NCBI GenBank assembly: GCA_001179505.1
Contig: CDMY01000257.1
Coordinates: forward strand, 83,088 to 147,087
DNA from: Vitrella brassicaformis CCMP3155
Lineage: Eukaryota > Protista > Chromerida
Direction of reading: 5' to 3'
DNA length: 64,000 nt
Of this stretch, positions 1 through 14,030 are shown in pieces; positions within the stretch are counted from its first letter, which is position 1, and every line of letters starts with the position of its first letter. The notes beneath the pieces were generated by a model. That model saw nothing but the letters and a program-made list of their open reading frames with translations, was not told the origin of the DNA and did no database searches. Both the position numbers and the translations under genes were made by a program.

Positions 1-3000
1 GAGAAAGGCGGCATTGCGACCCTTTTCCCAGAGCTAGGATACCTCCGCGACCTGGTGAGTGAGTGGGATTCACACACAGATGACCCTGTGGTCATCTGTC
101 ATCTGTCCTCACACGTGTCTGCCGGCCTTCTGCAGGTGTTTTATTTCAAGGCTCTCCTCAACCCCACCAGCGACCAGCTGCCCGCCATCCGGTCGTGGGA
201 CCCCGAATCGGCCGCCATCCAGTGGTCCTACACACACGCCAACAAACAGGGCAAGCTCGCCGCCTTCGCATTCGACAAGTCCCTCGAGTGCGCCAGATTT
301 CAGAAGGACGACTACTACGAGAGGAGGTCGTCAGTGTGGTCCCGGATGTGGGAGTGGGTGGGGCTTGGGAAGGCACCCCGTGTGCCGCCGAGCAAGGCAG
401 ACCCGGCGACGCTGCTGCCCAAGCCGCAGAAGATCGAGAGTGAAGACGATCTGCTGCATGTGAGGGATATGCCGACGTTTGGTGGCGAGGCCGGGCAGAA
501 AGGCGGGCTGATTGGGGAGGCCCTGTCGGAGCAGCTGCTGAGCTTCCTCACGGTACCGTATCTGCGCATTCCCCTCGTCATGACGTTCCTGGCCGACGCG
601 GGCAGAGTGGACGCACTCACCGACGCAAATCTGCAGGTGTGAAGACAACACACTTTCCCACACACATAATATGGATGGTTGCAAGCCTGATGTGTACTGT
701 CTCCCTCTTTGCGTGTATCTGTGCATCATCAGGGTGTGGTCGCAGCGGCCTTATTCGAACCGGGCGGCTGGTGCTCCTCATCTAACCCCTCTCCCCCCAC
801 CCAGGTGCCCACCCTCTCCGCTGCACACATCGCCACGCCGCTCGGCCTGCTGCTCAACGAACTCACACACAGCCCCGCCACGACACTCACAGCCATCGAC
901 AGGCTGCTCCAACTCGCCATGGACAAAGACACCGGCAGATACAAGAGCCCCGCGTGCCGTCTGCTGCTGTTCGTCGTGCGCATCATGGCGAGGGTCTTGG
1001 CGTTTGTCAAGGTGGTGAGAGAGCGGAATCGAGAGGGCAAGAACGACGGCCTGCTGGCCGAGTGGGAGAAGAGGGCGACAGAGCAGCTGACAGGGGTGGT
1101 GGCGAGGCTGCTGGCGGCTCTTGCGTTCCGGGCGGTGCAGGACCAGCAGATGGGATATGCCTGTGCGATCCACGCGCACCTCGTCTTGATCTTTTGCCGA
1201 GAGATGGGTGACGCCCCATCTGTGGCAGCCTTTGTCAGCAGCCTGGTCTTCGTCATGACCCACCACCGGTTGAGCATCGACGTGGCCGAGGGCAGCACCG
1301 TCAAGCGCGCTGCAGTATCATCGGACGAGGACGCCGCCGCGTCTCTCATGGGGCTGCCCGAGTGGGAGCTGATCGAGGTGTTCCAGACATCTCGCCACTC
1401 CCTCATCGCTTTCATGAAGACCAATCCCACTCACCGCAACACAATCCTCGAGCAATGCGTGCAGCTGGTCAGCTTCGCCTCTGGCGGCCCTCTGCTGGCC
1501 GACGCCGGCAGCAGCAGCAGCGACGCCGGGGCACGCTCCTGGGTCCAGCCGCTCATCCCTACACACTGGGAAGGCCGATTCGTCCCGCAGAACGAGCTGC
1601 CTCCTGCTGTCCGCGAAGGCCGTGTGGACGTCGCAATGCAGGGTGGCTCGTACGAGTCTTGGCTCAAGCAGCGGGTTGGCCGGCTGTCCGACTCTGAGAT
1701 GAACCTGCAGTTGGGCGACTTCTCTCTCCGCAGTCAGCAGATGAAGCTGCTGGGGCCGTGGGTGAACTCGTTTGCCGATTTCCGCGCACTGTTCGGCGGT
1801 GTGGGGGCTGACAAGGCGTTCCAGTGCGCCGAGGTGCGGCGTGCCACCAAGCGGCTGACACTGCAGCTGGTGGCCGAACGATACACTCTGGAGGTGGGAC
1901 AGACAGACAGAGGAAGGGAGAGAAATGTGTGGATGTCCCTGCTGTGTGTGGTTCATTCAGAAATGGCGTGCCCCTGACGGCCCGGCCAGCTTGCCCAGTG
2001 GCTTCAAGAAGAGGTACCGTGTTGGTGGCCGTGGCCTGACGGCGGCACACAGATGGGCACTGCCACTGCTGGACCCCTTTATCAAACGATACCTCACAAG
2101 TAGGTCGTCGAGTCAACCAACAAAGAGAGACCAGACCCCCTTTGATCAACCTACCTTATGTGTGCGTGCAGACCTCCCGGTGTATCTCTCATCCGATCAT
2201 GTGTCCGACCCCACCACTCTCCGGCTCGCCTTCCTCGCCACCCACACCACCACACACAAGGACGCCCGGGGCAACACGCACAAGACCACACACACCCGCC
2301 TGCGCGAGATCCACCTCAAGCACACCCACGACGACAGGTCTCCCTTCCTGGAGCTCTATGACGTGCAGGAGTGCGGCCGCCGTCACTACCGCTCGCTGGT
2401 GTACTCGACCAACGCGTCCATGACGCTTCACAACCCCTCACCAGTGGCCATCTTTCACAGCGGTCGGTACCCAGTGCTGCAGGGGGGTCTGCCCGCGCCA
2501 GTGGTGCCGAAGAGTGACGAGAGCCTGGTGATCCAGCGGACTGTGGGGGATGTGGTGCAGGAATACGTCCCACCGAGGTTCCTGGCTGGTACGCACAGGG
2601 GGAGAAAGATCGCCACCGTATGCGCACAAAGGTGCCTTGGTGTCCCATTTCAGGTTTGCTGCCGAGTGCCCTGATCGAGGCATACGAGTTCTGGCAGAAG
2701 GTGGGGCAGGGGGTCAAGGAGCTCATCGGCTACCAGCTCCCGCACAGCAGAGAACGCTCCCGCACTCCGTCGATCCTACTCGTGACCGTCCATCCCTCAC
2801 ACACACACGCCTTCCGCTCCACGGCCACCGTCACGCGCCACACGACCACTCTGCCCCCGGCCGGCCACCTGGGGATGGACCCAGCAGCTTCTCGGGCAAT
2901 CGATGGCCGCCCACTTGTGTGGGATGAGATTGACAGAGAGGGGGAGGCGATGGTGCTGATGAACGCGCAGAGGGTGATAGGTGGCCGGGATGACTGCCCG

Positions 3001-6000
3001 CTGAAGCGGCTGCTGATGGTCGTGATGCGCCTGGAGAACCTGTCGCACGTGCTGGTGTGGCGGGAGAAAGCCGGTGGGGCGTATGTGGTGGAGATGCCGC
3101 GAGTGGACCTGACTTTCACGGGCAGCGGGGATGGCAATGGGGCCTTCTACTGCGAGCAGCATAGTGGATTGTTCGTCAGCCGGATGGACCCGCTCTCGTG
3201 TGACAGGACGCGACGGCTGCTCGCCGGCCTTCCCAACGTCATTCTGCTGGTACACACATGCACAACACACATACGGTTCCTTGGTGTTCCATGCCTATGG
3301 CTCTGTGTGTGCAGGAGAGTTCTCACGAGGAGTTGTATCTGCTTATGGCTGCGACGGGCAAGCCGATCAGGGTGCGGGAGACAGTCGACATTCTGTTCAA
3401 TCGGGAGGACAGTGAGTGGGGGGAGGCGGGTATGCGGCACTTCCTGTACCCCATCCACGTGTCGCGGACGTTCGTCTTCATCCCCACTGCCGAGGCGTCC
3501 CTGTGGATGCTCCTCATGAGGCTCATGAGTGGCCAATACGAAGAGGTACGCACAAGGGGTGGTTGAAGGCTGGAAGAAACCACGCCCCAACCTTCTTCTT
3601 TGTTGCGCGTCTGCAGGTGTTCTCTCTCTCCGAGACGGCGTGTGTGGTTGACGGCACCCTCACCGACGCACAGCAGCTGCTCTGGGACGCCTTCATGCAC
3701 ACCCTCACCGACCGCCCGCCGTTCCCCCACCCAGACATACACGCCCTTCGCCTAAAGCTCCTCCTCAACGCTCGTGCGGCAGGCGCGCCGGCACGCCTTT
3801 TCGCCCCCATCTCGGCAACCACCGACGTGCGCTCGTCCCTTCTGGCGTACGTCCGCAACGCGCGACACATCAGTGCGGAGTGTCGGCTGACGGCGGATGA
3901 GCAGTCGACGCTGTTTGCCTATGTGGGTGCGTCCATGGTGGGCGACATCGAGCTCGTCAACCGCCGGTCGCTTCTAGACGCCGTCAAGCCACGGGTGCAT
4001 CGATCGCTCTCTGGGGCGGGCATGTCACTGGGAGGGGCCGTCAGGGAGGTACGCAGAAGGAGAAACACCCACTCGTTTGCCATCTCTCGCTCACAGTTGG
4101 GTGTCTGTCGTCTCTCTGTGTCAGGTGGACATCAAGTACCCATCTCTCCCGGCCCTCCATCCATTCGACCGACCATCACGCGGCGACGGGCAGCTCTCCC
4201 TGGGCTCATGGCTCGACCAGGCCCTCGCCTCTGTGGGTTCCATCGGCATCATCGATCCCGCCCGACCGTCGGAGGGGCAGCACGAAGGGCCGGGTGCCAT
4301 CGAGTGGCTCGACGCTCTCATGGGCAGCGGGGGCGCGGGGTGTGTCGGGCTGAGGCATTTCTTTGTTTTCTATGACCTCATGACGTCCAGGCTCCCCGTG
4401 CGAATCCTCCCGGATGACTCCTCCCACAAGTTGGGTGGGCTGCTCCTGAGGTTCCTCCCACCCAGGTCAATGACTGACATGACACACCACATGAGGACAA
4501 AAGGGCCTCATTTTCTCGTCCGTGTCGCCGTGAGTGCAGGGATTTCTCCGCCGACAGCGGGCTCACATCGGTGCTCCGCGCCATGGCCGCCGACCCGTCC
4601 TTCGCCAAATCCATGCCCATCCGCAAGACGGAGGAAGACAACAAGGATCCCGGCAGCGGCAGCAAAGCCAAGAAGGACACCCCCATGGCGGCCATAACGT
4701 CGTTCTTCAACGTGGGCGCCAAGAAGGAGCGGCTGCAAGCATTCTTCGCCGACCTCAGGAGAGCCATCGAGACGGCAGAGAGGCCGGCGAGTGACGATGT
4801 GGCCGAGATGAGTGCCTACGTGCCGCCTCGAAAGGTCTTCGTGAGGCCGTTCGACCACCCCAGCAACCGGTAGGTGGGGTGATGGGAGGGGGCAGAACAG
4901 GCGTCACAGATCTGCGTGTGCTTATGTGGGCAGTGAGTTCTGGTACTGCTATCGCGGCGGAGACAATGCATGTGGCGAGCGGGTGATCGAGCCATTCTCT
5001 GTCGACCACTCTGATAACGGTGTGCAGAATACCCAACAAATACACACGCGTGTGCATTTTTCTCCCTCTTTACCTCTATCAGGTGCTTCTTACCACATCG
5101 ATGCGGCCCTCCTGCATGCCCTGTTCACCAAGCCGATGGCACCCATCGACCTGTCGGCGTATGTCAACCACGTGACGCAGAGTCAGCTGGGCCACGACAA
5201 GGTGTCCGCTGTGATGCCCTTCCACCTGTCCAATCATTCTGTGGCCAAGACGCCAGTGGCTGTGGAGATGAGGAGACGACTCAAGGTGGAGATGGATGGG
5301 CCGGAGAGATGACGAGCCGGAAATGGCTCATGCATGTATCATGTTTGTTTGTACGTTTGCTGAACTTCAGGACGATTTGTGTGTGTATGCTGATGGGGTG
5401 AACAAGGGCATGACGCCCGTGCTGATCGGCCTCATGGAGACGGAGATCCCATCCACTCTCCAAAACGGTACAGCACACGACATCACATCACACCACACCA
5501 CCCCATCTCTCTACGCGTCTCTTCGTCTGCTTCGCACCATCAGAGTTAGCCCTGACCAACGTGCTGCAGCGGCTGAAGACCCTCTATCGGCAGCTGACGG
5601 CAATGCGGCAACAAGACCAGAAAAGAGGTGTCGACCTGATGCAGCGCGCCGTGCGGCTCGCCAACAGATGCTGCGAGACATCACGTGAAGAGGCCGGTGG
5701 CCCAGACGTGCGCAAACACGCCCTTGCGCTTGCCAAGAGCGGTGGCCACGAGCCCAGCCTGGCTTTTGACGCCCTGGTGGCCCTGCTTACCAGCCAGCAG
5801 GCCACATCCACCCTGCAGTGCATCAACCCCCTCCTCTCCCCCGAACAGCACACGCGGCTTCTCTCTCTCACTGCTGTGGCCCTGCTGCTCATCAACCGCA
5901 CCTCGCAAAGCGACAGGTGCCTCCGGTCCTGTGCTGGGCTCATGCGGCTGCTCGCCAGCGACGGCACAGATAGGAGTGTGGACGCAGTGCGGCTGAGGGC

Positions 6001-9000
6001 GGGCGAGCTGGTTGGGAACCTGTGTGCGGAGAGGCACTATGGGTCGGTTATGAGCGAGGGGGGCGGCGTGCGATACGACCCCCGGCTGCTGGTGTTTGAG
6101 TTCGCGAGCACCTTCCTGCTGCGTGAGGCGCAGACGATACTCATTGACAAGTTTGTGGGGGCGGCATCAGGTGGTCAGTCGCTGTGTCACCAGATGATCA
6201 TGGGAGCTGGAAAGGTAACAAGAACAGAGCACTCGGACACTATGGGTGGGTGCGTGTGTGACACGTGTATCCATCCATCCTTGATGCAGACGACGGTCGT
6301 GGGCCCGCTACTGTCCCTGTTGCTGGGCAGCGACAGGTCGCTGATTGTGCAGGTGGTGCCTCATGCATTGCTCGAGTTCACCCGCAGCGTCCTGCGGGAG
6401 CGATTCAGTGCCATGATTCGCAAGCCGATCCTCACCTTCCACTTCGACCGGTACGACACGGTGACTCCCGAGCTGCTGATGCGGCTGCAGAATACGCGAG
6501 AGAATGGGGGTGTAATGATATGTGACCCGACCTCACTCAAGGTGGGTGGGTGGGTGGGTGGGGGGAGGTGCTGGCGTGGCTGTACCATGTGTGTCCTTTC
6601 AGAGTTTCATGCTCAAGACGGTGGAGCTGCTGCTGTCGCTCGACCGACACGCAAAGGTAGGTCGGTGGGCATCTGCCTTGATCGCCAGTATGTCATGTGT
6701 TTGTCGGGTGTGTCGGTCTGTCAGGTGAAGCAGCAGCTGGCCATGATGCAGGAGGGCACCGACACCGACGACTCATGGGGCCTCGGCAAACTCGCCGGCA
6801 GCGTCGAGGCGGGCATCAGGAAGCTCGTCGGCATGGGCAGCAATGACGCGCTAAAAGAGGCCAAGAAAGGTCAGCTGCATTCTAGCTGTTGATGCACCAA
6901 CAGCCGTCCTTTTCTCTTCGCGTGTGTTGTGTGTTTTCAGGTCTGTTGGCGGCTGTGTTTGGCGACGCTGAGCTGAGCGGTGTGCGTGACGAGGTGTCGC
7001 TGTGCTTCGACATCCTGATGCTCTTCCGCTCATCCACGCTCATACTCGACGAGGTCGACCTCATCCTACACCCACTAAAGAGCGAGCTAAACTGGCCTAT
7101 CGGTAACACCGACAATGCACAGATGGTCTCCCCCACCTCACGTGTGTTGTGAGTGAGTATGGTTGGTAGGTCTGAAGTACCCGCTGGATTTCACCCGCCC
7201 CGACCCCTCACACAAGAAGGACAAGCGGGCCAGTGACGGTGTGAATGCGCCGCTCGAGCTGGGTGTGAGGTGGCAGATGCCGTGGCACCTGCTCGACGCC
7301 ATAGTCTTCTGCCAGACGGGCAAGATGACCGTCAACTTCCAAGACAGCAGGTGAGTGACGACACCATCAACACGCTGATACATGCCTGCATACCCGTTTC
7401 TGTCTGTGGTGTGTGTTGGTCTCAGCGAGGCGCTCCGTCTGCTGCAGTCCATCCGCGAGGCCATCAGCCATGCGGCCGAGGGCGGCCTGCTGCAGCGCAC
7501 CCCCCACCTGATCCTTCTCTCCACCTCATTCTACCACGCCACTCTCAAGCCCCTCCTTGCCAAGTGGCTGTTCTTCTTCCTGCGTTCCAAGCGGCTGACG
7601 GGCATCAACGACGAGACGGCCCTGAGGTACCTGACGGGGGCGGAGGGCGAGTTGACGCGTGACGAGGGGATGAAGGCGACGCTCGAAAGGGGTCTGAGCG
7701 ACTTCCACATGAAGATGCTCAACCTGGGGAGGGAGTGGCTGCACTCTCTCATGCCACACGTACTCGCCAAAGTCAACCGAGTCAGGTCGGTCAGGGGGCG
7801 AAATGAGGAGAGGGGCCGAGGGTATCTCCTGCTCTGTCTGTGTGTCTTCATCAGTTTCGGCTACCTTCGTCCAGCGGACATTGTCCGTCTGCAGAATGAC
7901 CAGCCGCTGATGCCCCGGTCTCGGCGGCTGCTGGCAGTGCCGTTTGTGGGCAAGGACGTGCCCAGCCGCGCGAGTGAGTTCTCTCACCCCGATGTGGTCA
8001 TTGGCCTCACCATTCTCGCCTACCGCCTCGACGGCCTGCGGATGGACGATTTCCGCCAGGTACGCAACAGAACCACACACCTGACTCCCTCATGTCACTG
8101 TCGTTTCGTGTTTTCTCAGACGATGAGCGGCCTCAAGCAGACGCTCGAGCAGCAGGTGGGCCCTGTCGACAAGCGCCCTGCGTCACTTAAGTTCAACAAG
8201 TGGGTGGACAAGGCAGGAGGCCGCGTGAGGGGCAGCAAGCCGTCGTCAGCGACACAGGGGCTCCCCCCAACAGCCCCCGCCACCGCCCCAATCCCTGCCA
8301 GCGCCACGTTGGATTTCGACCCGATGCGTGTGTGGCCGCTGGCGTTGATCGACCTGGGAGATACGGAGCAAATGGACGCGTTGTATGGGCTGCTGCAGCA
8401 CGAGAGCAGCGTCATCTGGGGGTACCTGCACGAGTACGTCTTCCCCGTGTGTTTGGAGCACACCACACTCCAGCTGAGTGCTTGTGGGCAAGATTTGGGC
8501 GGTTCGAACCTGTTCGGCACACGGCTGGGCTTCTCAGGTATCTATGGCACACCCGCTCTGTGCTTGCTTGATTCAGACACGTGTGTGTGTGTGTGTGTGT
8601 AGGCACGCCATCCAATTTGATCCCTCGCGAGCTGGGACTGTGTCAGTACGAGCAGGGGACGGACGGTAAGTGACAGGAGAAGAGACGGACTCAGTCAGCT
8701 GGGAATCTTGTCGGTCAGGTAAGATCCTCACGCTGCTGACCTCACCCCGGGTGGTAACCCACACGACCCTCGAGCAGGGATGGGGTGTGGCGGCCATTCT
8801 CAAGCGAGTGGCCAACGGGGGATTCCACGCGCTCATCGACACAGGTACACAGCACAACTATACATAGAGGAAGCATGGACATGCTGTGTGCCGTGTGATG
8901 TGCCTGCAGGTGCGCTGATAACGGGTCTGTCCAATTTGGAGGTGGCTCGCCGTCTGCTGGCTGCCGGGCTGAAAGGGCACGATGGTGTGGTGTTCCTGGA

Positions 9001-12000
9001 CAGCCAGGACCGGCAGATGGTGCTTATGAGAGAAGGAGGCAAAGTACTTCCTCTCGCCCAGTGCGGCCTCTCGTGGGACAAGCGTTTCACCTTCTACGAT
9101 CAAGTACGCCGGGATGCATGGTCCATCCATCCATTTGCTCGCTTCTCATGTTTCTTTCTGTGCCATCAGATCCACACGACCGGCATGGACATCAAGCAGG
9201 CCATCTCTGCTCGTGCCGCTCTCACTATCGGCAAAGACATGACGCTGCGGGACTACAGCCAGGGGGCCTTCCGCATGCGCGGCATCGGCAATGGCCAGAC
9301 CCTCCAGGTACTCATCCCGCCAGAGGTCGCTCGCCTCATCGCCGAAGCAGCATCCATCGACCCCCCATCCCTCGCCACCCTCTCGGCTGCTGACGTGCTC
9401 TCCCACACAGCGGGTTGGCTGACGCTGCAGAGCATGCGCAGCGAGAAGATGCAGTTCGACCTCCTGTGCGAGCAGGACCTCTGCAACGTGTGGCGGCGAC
9501 GGGCGTTCGAGCTCCTGCGCGAGGGCCACGACCAGGTGGGGAGCAGCGCGTCCCTCCTCTCTCGTGATAAGGCCCCCCACCCCCTGGCCCTCGCCGTCGA
9601 CACTTTTCGCGACCGAATTGACTTCACCGTCCCCAACACTGTGGAGGCGAGTGAGGGTCTTGGCGAGAAGCTGCGAGACCTGATGCAGGAGAACGACAGG
9701 ATTCTCACCGATGAGGACCGCCAGACGTGTGGCCTTGTGCTGCGGCGGATGGAGGGGGGCGGGGAGGGGGCGGGGAGGATGGGCGGGGTCATGTACACGT
9801 CAGAGCTGGTCCAGCAGCAGGAGGAAGAGCAAGAGAAGGAGCAGGAACAGGAGCAGGTGGGCAGGCGGGCGGGCGAATGGGGCACATATATTGACGCGGT
9901 TCTTTCATCCATCGATTGTGTCGTTTTGTGGTGTGTGTCGGTTGGTCATCGCTGCAGGAGCAGGAGGAAGAGAAGGAGAAGGAAGAAGAGAAGATGACCG
10001 AGCCAGAGGTGGCGCTGCCTCTCAAGTACTCACGAGACGACGAAAACCCCATCCCCTGGCCCATCACCGCGCTGTCACACCCACCGGCCCACAGTGGTGC
10101 GCCACCCTTCTACCCGCTTTCAGAGTTTGCCGTGCTCGTGAAACTTCTCCAGAAGCCGAAGCCGCTGGACTTCCCACACCATCTGTCCCTCTCACAGGTG
10201 GGCACAACACGCGACCACACACCATTGCAGCTGGCCGCATCTCTGTCCATGTGTGGCTGTGCTTTGCATGTGTGTGTATCAGAACCACTATCGTCAGAAG
10301 TGGTCTCTGCAGACCTTCCGCCGGCTGAAGAACGTGCTGGTGGTACTCGAGTGGATCCCAGACACTACCAAGCTGGGCAGCGATGTGGACAGAGATGAGG
10401 GGCAGAACGAGCTGACGGACGAGCAGGAGGATCGACTTCGGAAGGCCTTCGAGCTCTTCGACACTGACAACGATCGCACCATCGATAGGGGGGAGCTGGT
10501 GCCGCTCCTTCGCGCCATGGAGATGGAGGCAAGGAGCGCACAAACACGAGAGAGGAAGCCACCGTGCATTCATTCAGGTACATACATGCCTGGCCGCTTC
10601 ATGTGTGCAGGTGGACGACTCTATGGGGACAGAGATAGTGCAGCTGATCAAGAGCCGCCTGGCCACCGACGGTCAGTCCCCCACCTCCGTCACTTCACTC
10701 TCGTTCGACGAGATCCGCACCGCACTCGCCGACAGACGACTCCTCACAGCACAGGAGGGCCGGCATTTTGTCGTCCTCTCTCTCGCCGAGGCCCAGACGA
10801 TTCGTGTGGCCCTGCACGCCACCAATGGCCGCATGCCAGACGGCAATGTGGCCTTCGCCCTACGGGCATTGCCATGTGGGTTTGTGGCTTTCGACTCGAG
10901 TAGCGGATTCGGCGATTGGAAGCGTGGTGCCAAGGCCCTGGTGAAGTACCAAGAGGAGAGCGCGGCTCAGTGCTGTCGGTTCGTCAACTCGGAGCACTTC
11001 TACACGCCGAAGCAGCTGGCCATCCTGTTGCGGGCGCTCCAGCCCAACGACTGCAAAGCCCGACAGACATTCTTCCTGGAGGTGAGTACAGCATCACAGT
11101 ACCCACCAAACCAAAGCTTTTTGTTCTCATCTTTCCTTCTCTTATCAGGTCCGTCGCTGCCGGCGTCGTGCGCAGCTGCCGTGGGAAGACACACCTCTCG
11201 CACAGCTGTTTGCCACGGCAGACGACTTTGCCGCTTTGAAGCTGAAGGCCGTGGGTGCGCGTGTGCGGCAGCGGCTGTACGAGAGGGGCATGAGCCTCGC
11301 CGACGCATTCATGGCCTTCGACCACAACAGAGACGGTGGGGAAGAGGGAGAAGGGGAAGGGGAGACGGCAAGGTTTGGGTGTGGACTGTATGTACTGTGT
11401 GCTGGCTGTGGTGTGGTGTGGATGTATTGTGTAGGTGTGTTGAGTGGGGCCGAGCTGTATGGTGGGCTCAAGTGGCTGGGCGTGCCGCTCACGCCCGAGG
11501 AGGTGCGGGACGTCATCACCTTCGTCGATCACGACGCCAACGGATTCATTCAACAGGTGACAACAAAAGGCAACAACAAACATCACTTGGCGCATCCATC
11601 CATCCATTCTCCATCCTTGCAATATGTAGGCTGAGCTTCTGGATGCCTTCGGCGTCTCGTCCTCCTATCTCCTCACCGACGAGACCTCCAGCACCACCCT
11701 CCCGTCGCCCACTCTCCGTGTTGAGCACGCACAAGCAGCAGCGCTACGCCCTGCTGCACTTCCCCGCCCTCCCGCCTCCCCCGCCGCGACCCACCAGATC
11801 ATCCCGGTGGCGGTGCCCGGCATCCATGAGGCCCTCGGCGCCTCCCACGACCCAGCACAAGTCATCGACAGCGGCTTGCGGCGCCTGCAGGCCGCACTGG
11901 TCGATCGGCTGGAGTTTTCCATCGAACGCCACGACAGCTTCCACAAGGTGTGGACGAGTGAGGGCTCGACCATGATGATGCCGACCGCCTTGTCGCTGTG

Positions 12001-12763
12001 GGAGCCTGACGAGCTCAAGGGGAGGCGAGTGGAGCTGAGAAAGAACCGACTGCGGCTGTGTGTGGGGCACTATGCGTCGACACAGAAGGCGCTGGTTGTC
12101 GAGGCGCATGATTTGGGCATCACTGTCTTCAACAAGCCGCGTGAGATGACCGCCGCGCTGGAACTCATTTGCCCTCAAGTCATCCGATTCAAACAGGTCC
12201 GTCCACCAATCTTGATCGACATGCAGACGTGACGTACGTGTACGGATGTCACGGTGCCTTCTGTGCGCGAGTGTCATGCAGGTGTGGGCCAATGAGCGAG
12301 GCTCTCATCCCCTTTATGTGTGGCGGGGGGTGCCGCCCTCTGATGACTTTGTAACTCTGGGGCTGATGGTGACCAGCAAGAGAACACCCCCAAAGCGGAG
12401 CCACCAGAGATGCATACCCAGAAAATGGGTACGTCCACAGACACCTATAATCCGATCAAGCAGTCTGTCTGTCTGTCTGTATGCTTCTCTGTGTGCTGTG
12501 TGATGTGTGTGCAGGTGCGTGTGCTGGACAGTGACAAGGTGTCAGCTGCGGCAGAGAGGCTGCTGGACAGCGAGAGTATCGGGGCTGGCGCACGGCCCGG
12601 GTGCCTCTGGAGTGTCCCCCCGTATGGCCTCCTGGCCTTCACAGAGCAGGAGGGGGAGGAGTTCTCCCAGCCTGCTTTCGCGCTGCCGATGGCCTTCAAG
12701 CTGAAAAGTGCCGACAAGGCACATGGCGGCGACGCCATCCCAGATGTGATTGTCAGTGAGTGA
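1..12763 (+). CDS. Giant multi-exon DUF3638/DUF3645-family protein (5' end outside window) with SF2 helicase-like ATPase motifs, EF-hands and a C-terminal Vps62-like segment
   Basis: Canonical introns keep the frame (e.g. 55-135, 637-732, 1894-1960, 2100-2171, 6215-6289). QMIMGAGK|TTVVGPLL is the DUF3638 P-loop. LAVPFVGKDVPSRASEFSHPDVVIGLTILAY matches the DUF3645 signature. Also LILDEVD, GFSGTP, HTTGMDI and QGAFRMR; EF loops DTDNDRTIDRGE, DHNRDGVLSGAE and DHDANGFIQQAE; YVWRGVPPSDDFVTLG...RCIP. Stop TGA at 12761-12763. Confidence 0.85.
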
Positions 12764-13593
12764 CTGACCAACCAAGTGATCTGATTGATGAGTCTGTGTG
12801 TCCACGTGGTGTGAGGTGAGTGGCCTTTTGTGTACCTCGAGGAAGGGTGTGGTGTGTTGTGTCCACATGGAATACCATCAAATTCCCTGAGGGGAAGGGG
12901 AGGGGCCTGGCTGCCAGTGGCTGGTATCTTTGCGCAGTGCATTTATTCATTTTGTGTTGTCGATCAGCAGTGTCGTGGAGCGATTGAGTGGTAGTGTTTC
13001 GGTCCTGTGTGCGTGGAGGCTAGGTGGAGGCAAAGCCGTACAGCTACAGTGCTGTGCCTTTCTGGCCAGCGGCATCTTACATGTACCTCTCCCTTCAAGA
13101 TGGACATGAATCGTATTCCATGACAGAACAAAAAGATCCGAGCGCAAGGGACATGTGTGTCATCTGCTCTCAGATCTCTCGTGCATGACACGGCCTACCT
13201 GTCAAAAAATGGATTTTATGCAATCGTACTTTGCCTCTGCCCACCTTCCATGGCCTCCTGCTGCATGTCCTCAAAAAAGCGCGGCGTGGAGATTTCTCGC
13301 GAGACGGAGATAAACTTGCAAATTTCCGAATGATTATGAGCTTGCATTTTTCATTATTCTACGCATTCAGCTTGCCAGCCTTGTTTCAGCCACAGATCCT
13401 CCAATTCTTTTTCTTTTCGGCTCTCATAGTCTGGTATTGTGCGCATCATCTCCCTCCCAACTCGTCCGGACGTCATCGGGCACTTTTTTTCTCAACCGCC
13501 AACCGCCATGCCCCCCAACACCGGCATCCCCCAACATCGGCGGGCAGAGTGCTGACTGCCTTGGGAAGGGAGATTCACGGCCTCTTATCGCCC

Positions 13594-14030
13594 CTATATG
13601 CGAAGGACATCAGCAGCATCAGCCAGCAATCCCGTGCAGCCATCAACAACCTTGAGGAAGATCCCGCCTTCTTCGACACAAGACCTGCTCACCCATCCTG
13701 ACCTCCCCTTCACACCGACAGCCGAGAAGAAGCACATCCTCTTCGGCGAGGCTGCGCTCTCAGTGCTGGGCCTCGCGGGGAAGCTGGAGACTCACCTTCG
13801 AAGCCGCCCTCGAAACAGTCAGGCACTGACTGAACAGAAGAAGGAAGGTAGACCAGACCAGACACCGATGTGTGTGTGTGTGTGTGTATGTGTTACTTAC
13901 AGGGAAATCAGCGAGAAGTTGCTCATCCCAGGTGTCTTCACGCTCGACAAACAAGGGGGGCACCAGTTCAAGGGAGGCGCAGTCATAATGAGAATGCGTT
14001 CGTTTCTCGCGTTCATCGCTGGCTACATTT
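13594..14030 (-). CDS. Small spliced hypothetical protein, 5' end unresolved
   Basis: Three exons (13901-~14030, 13796-13829, 13594-13697) join in frame at canonical GT-AG sites: ...DCASLELVPPLFVEREDTWDEQLLADFP|SVPDCFEGGFE|GWVSRSCVEEGGIFLKVVDGCTGLLADAADVLRI*. No in-frame Met in these exons. Confidence 0.4.
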
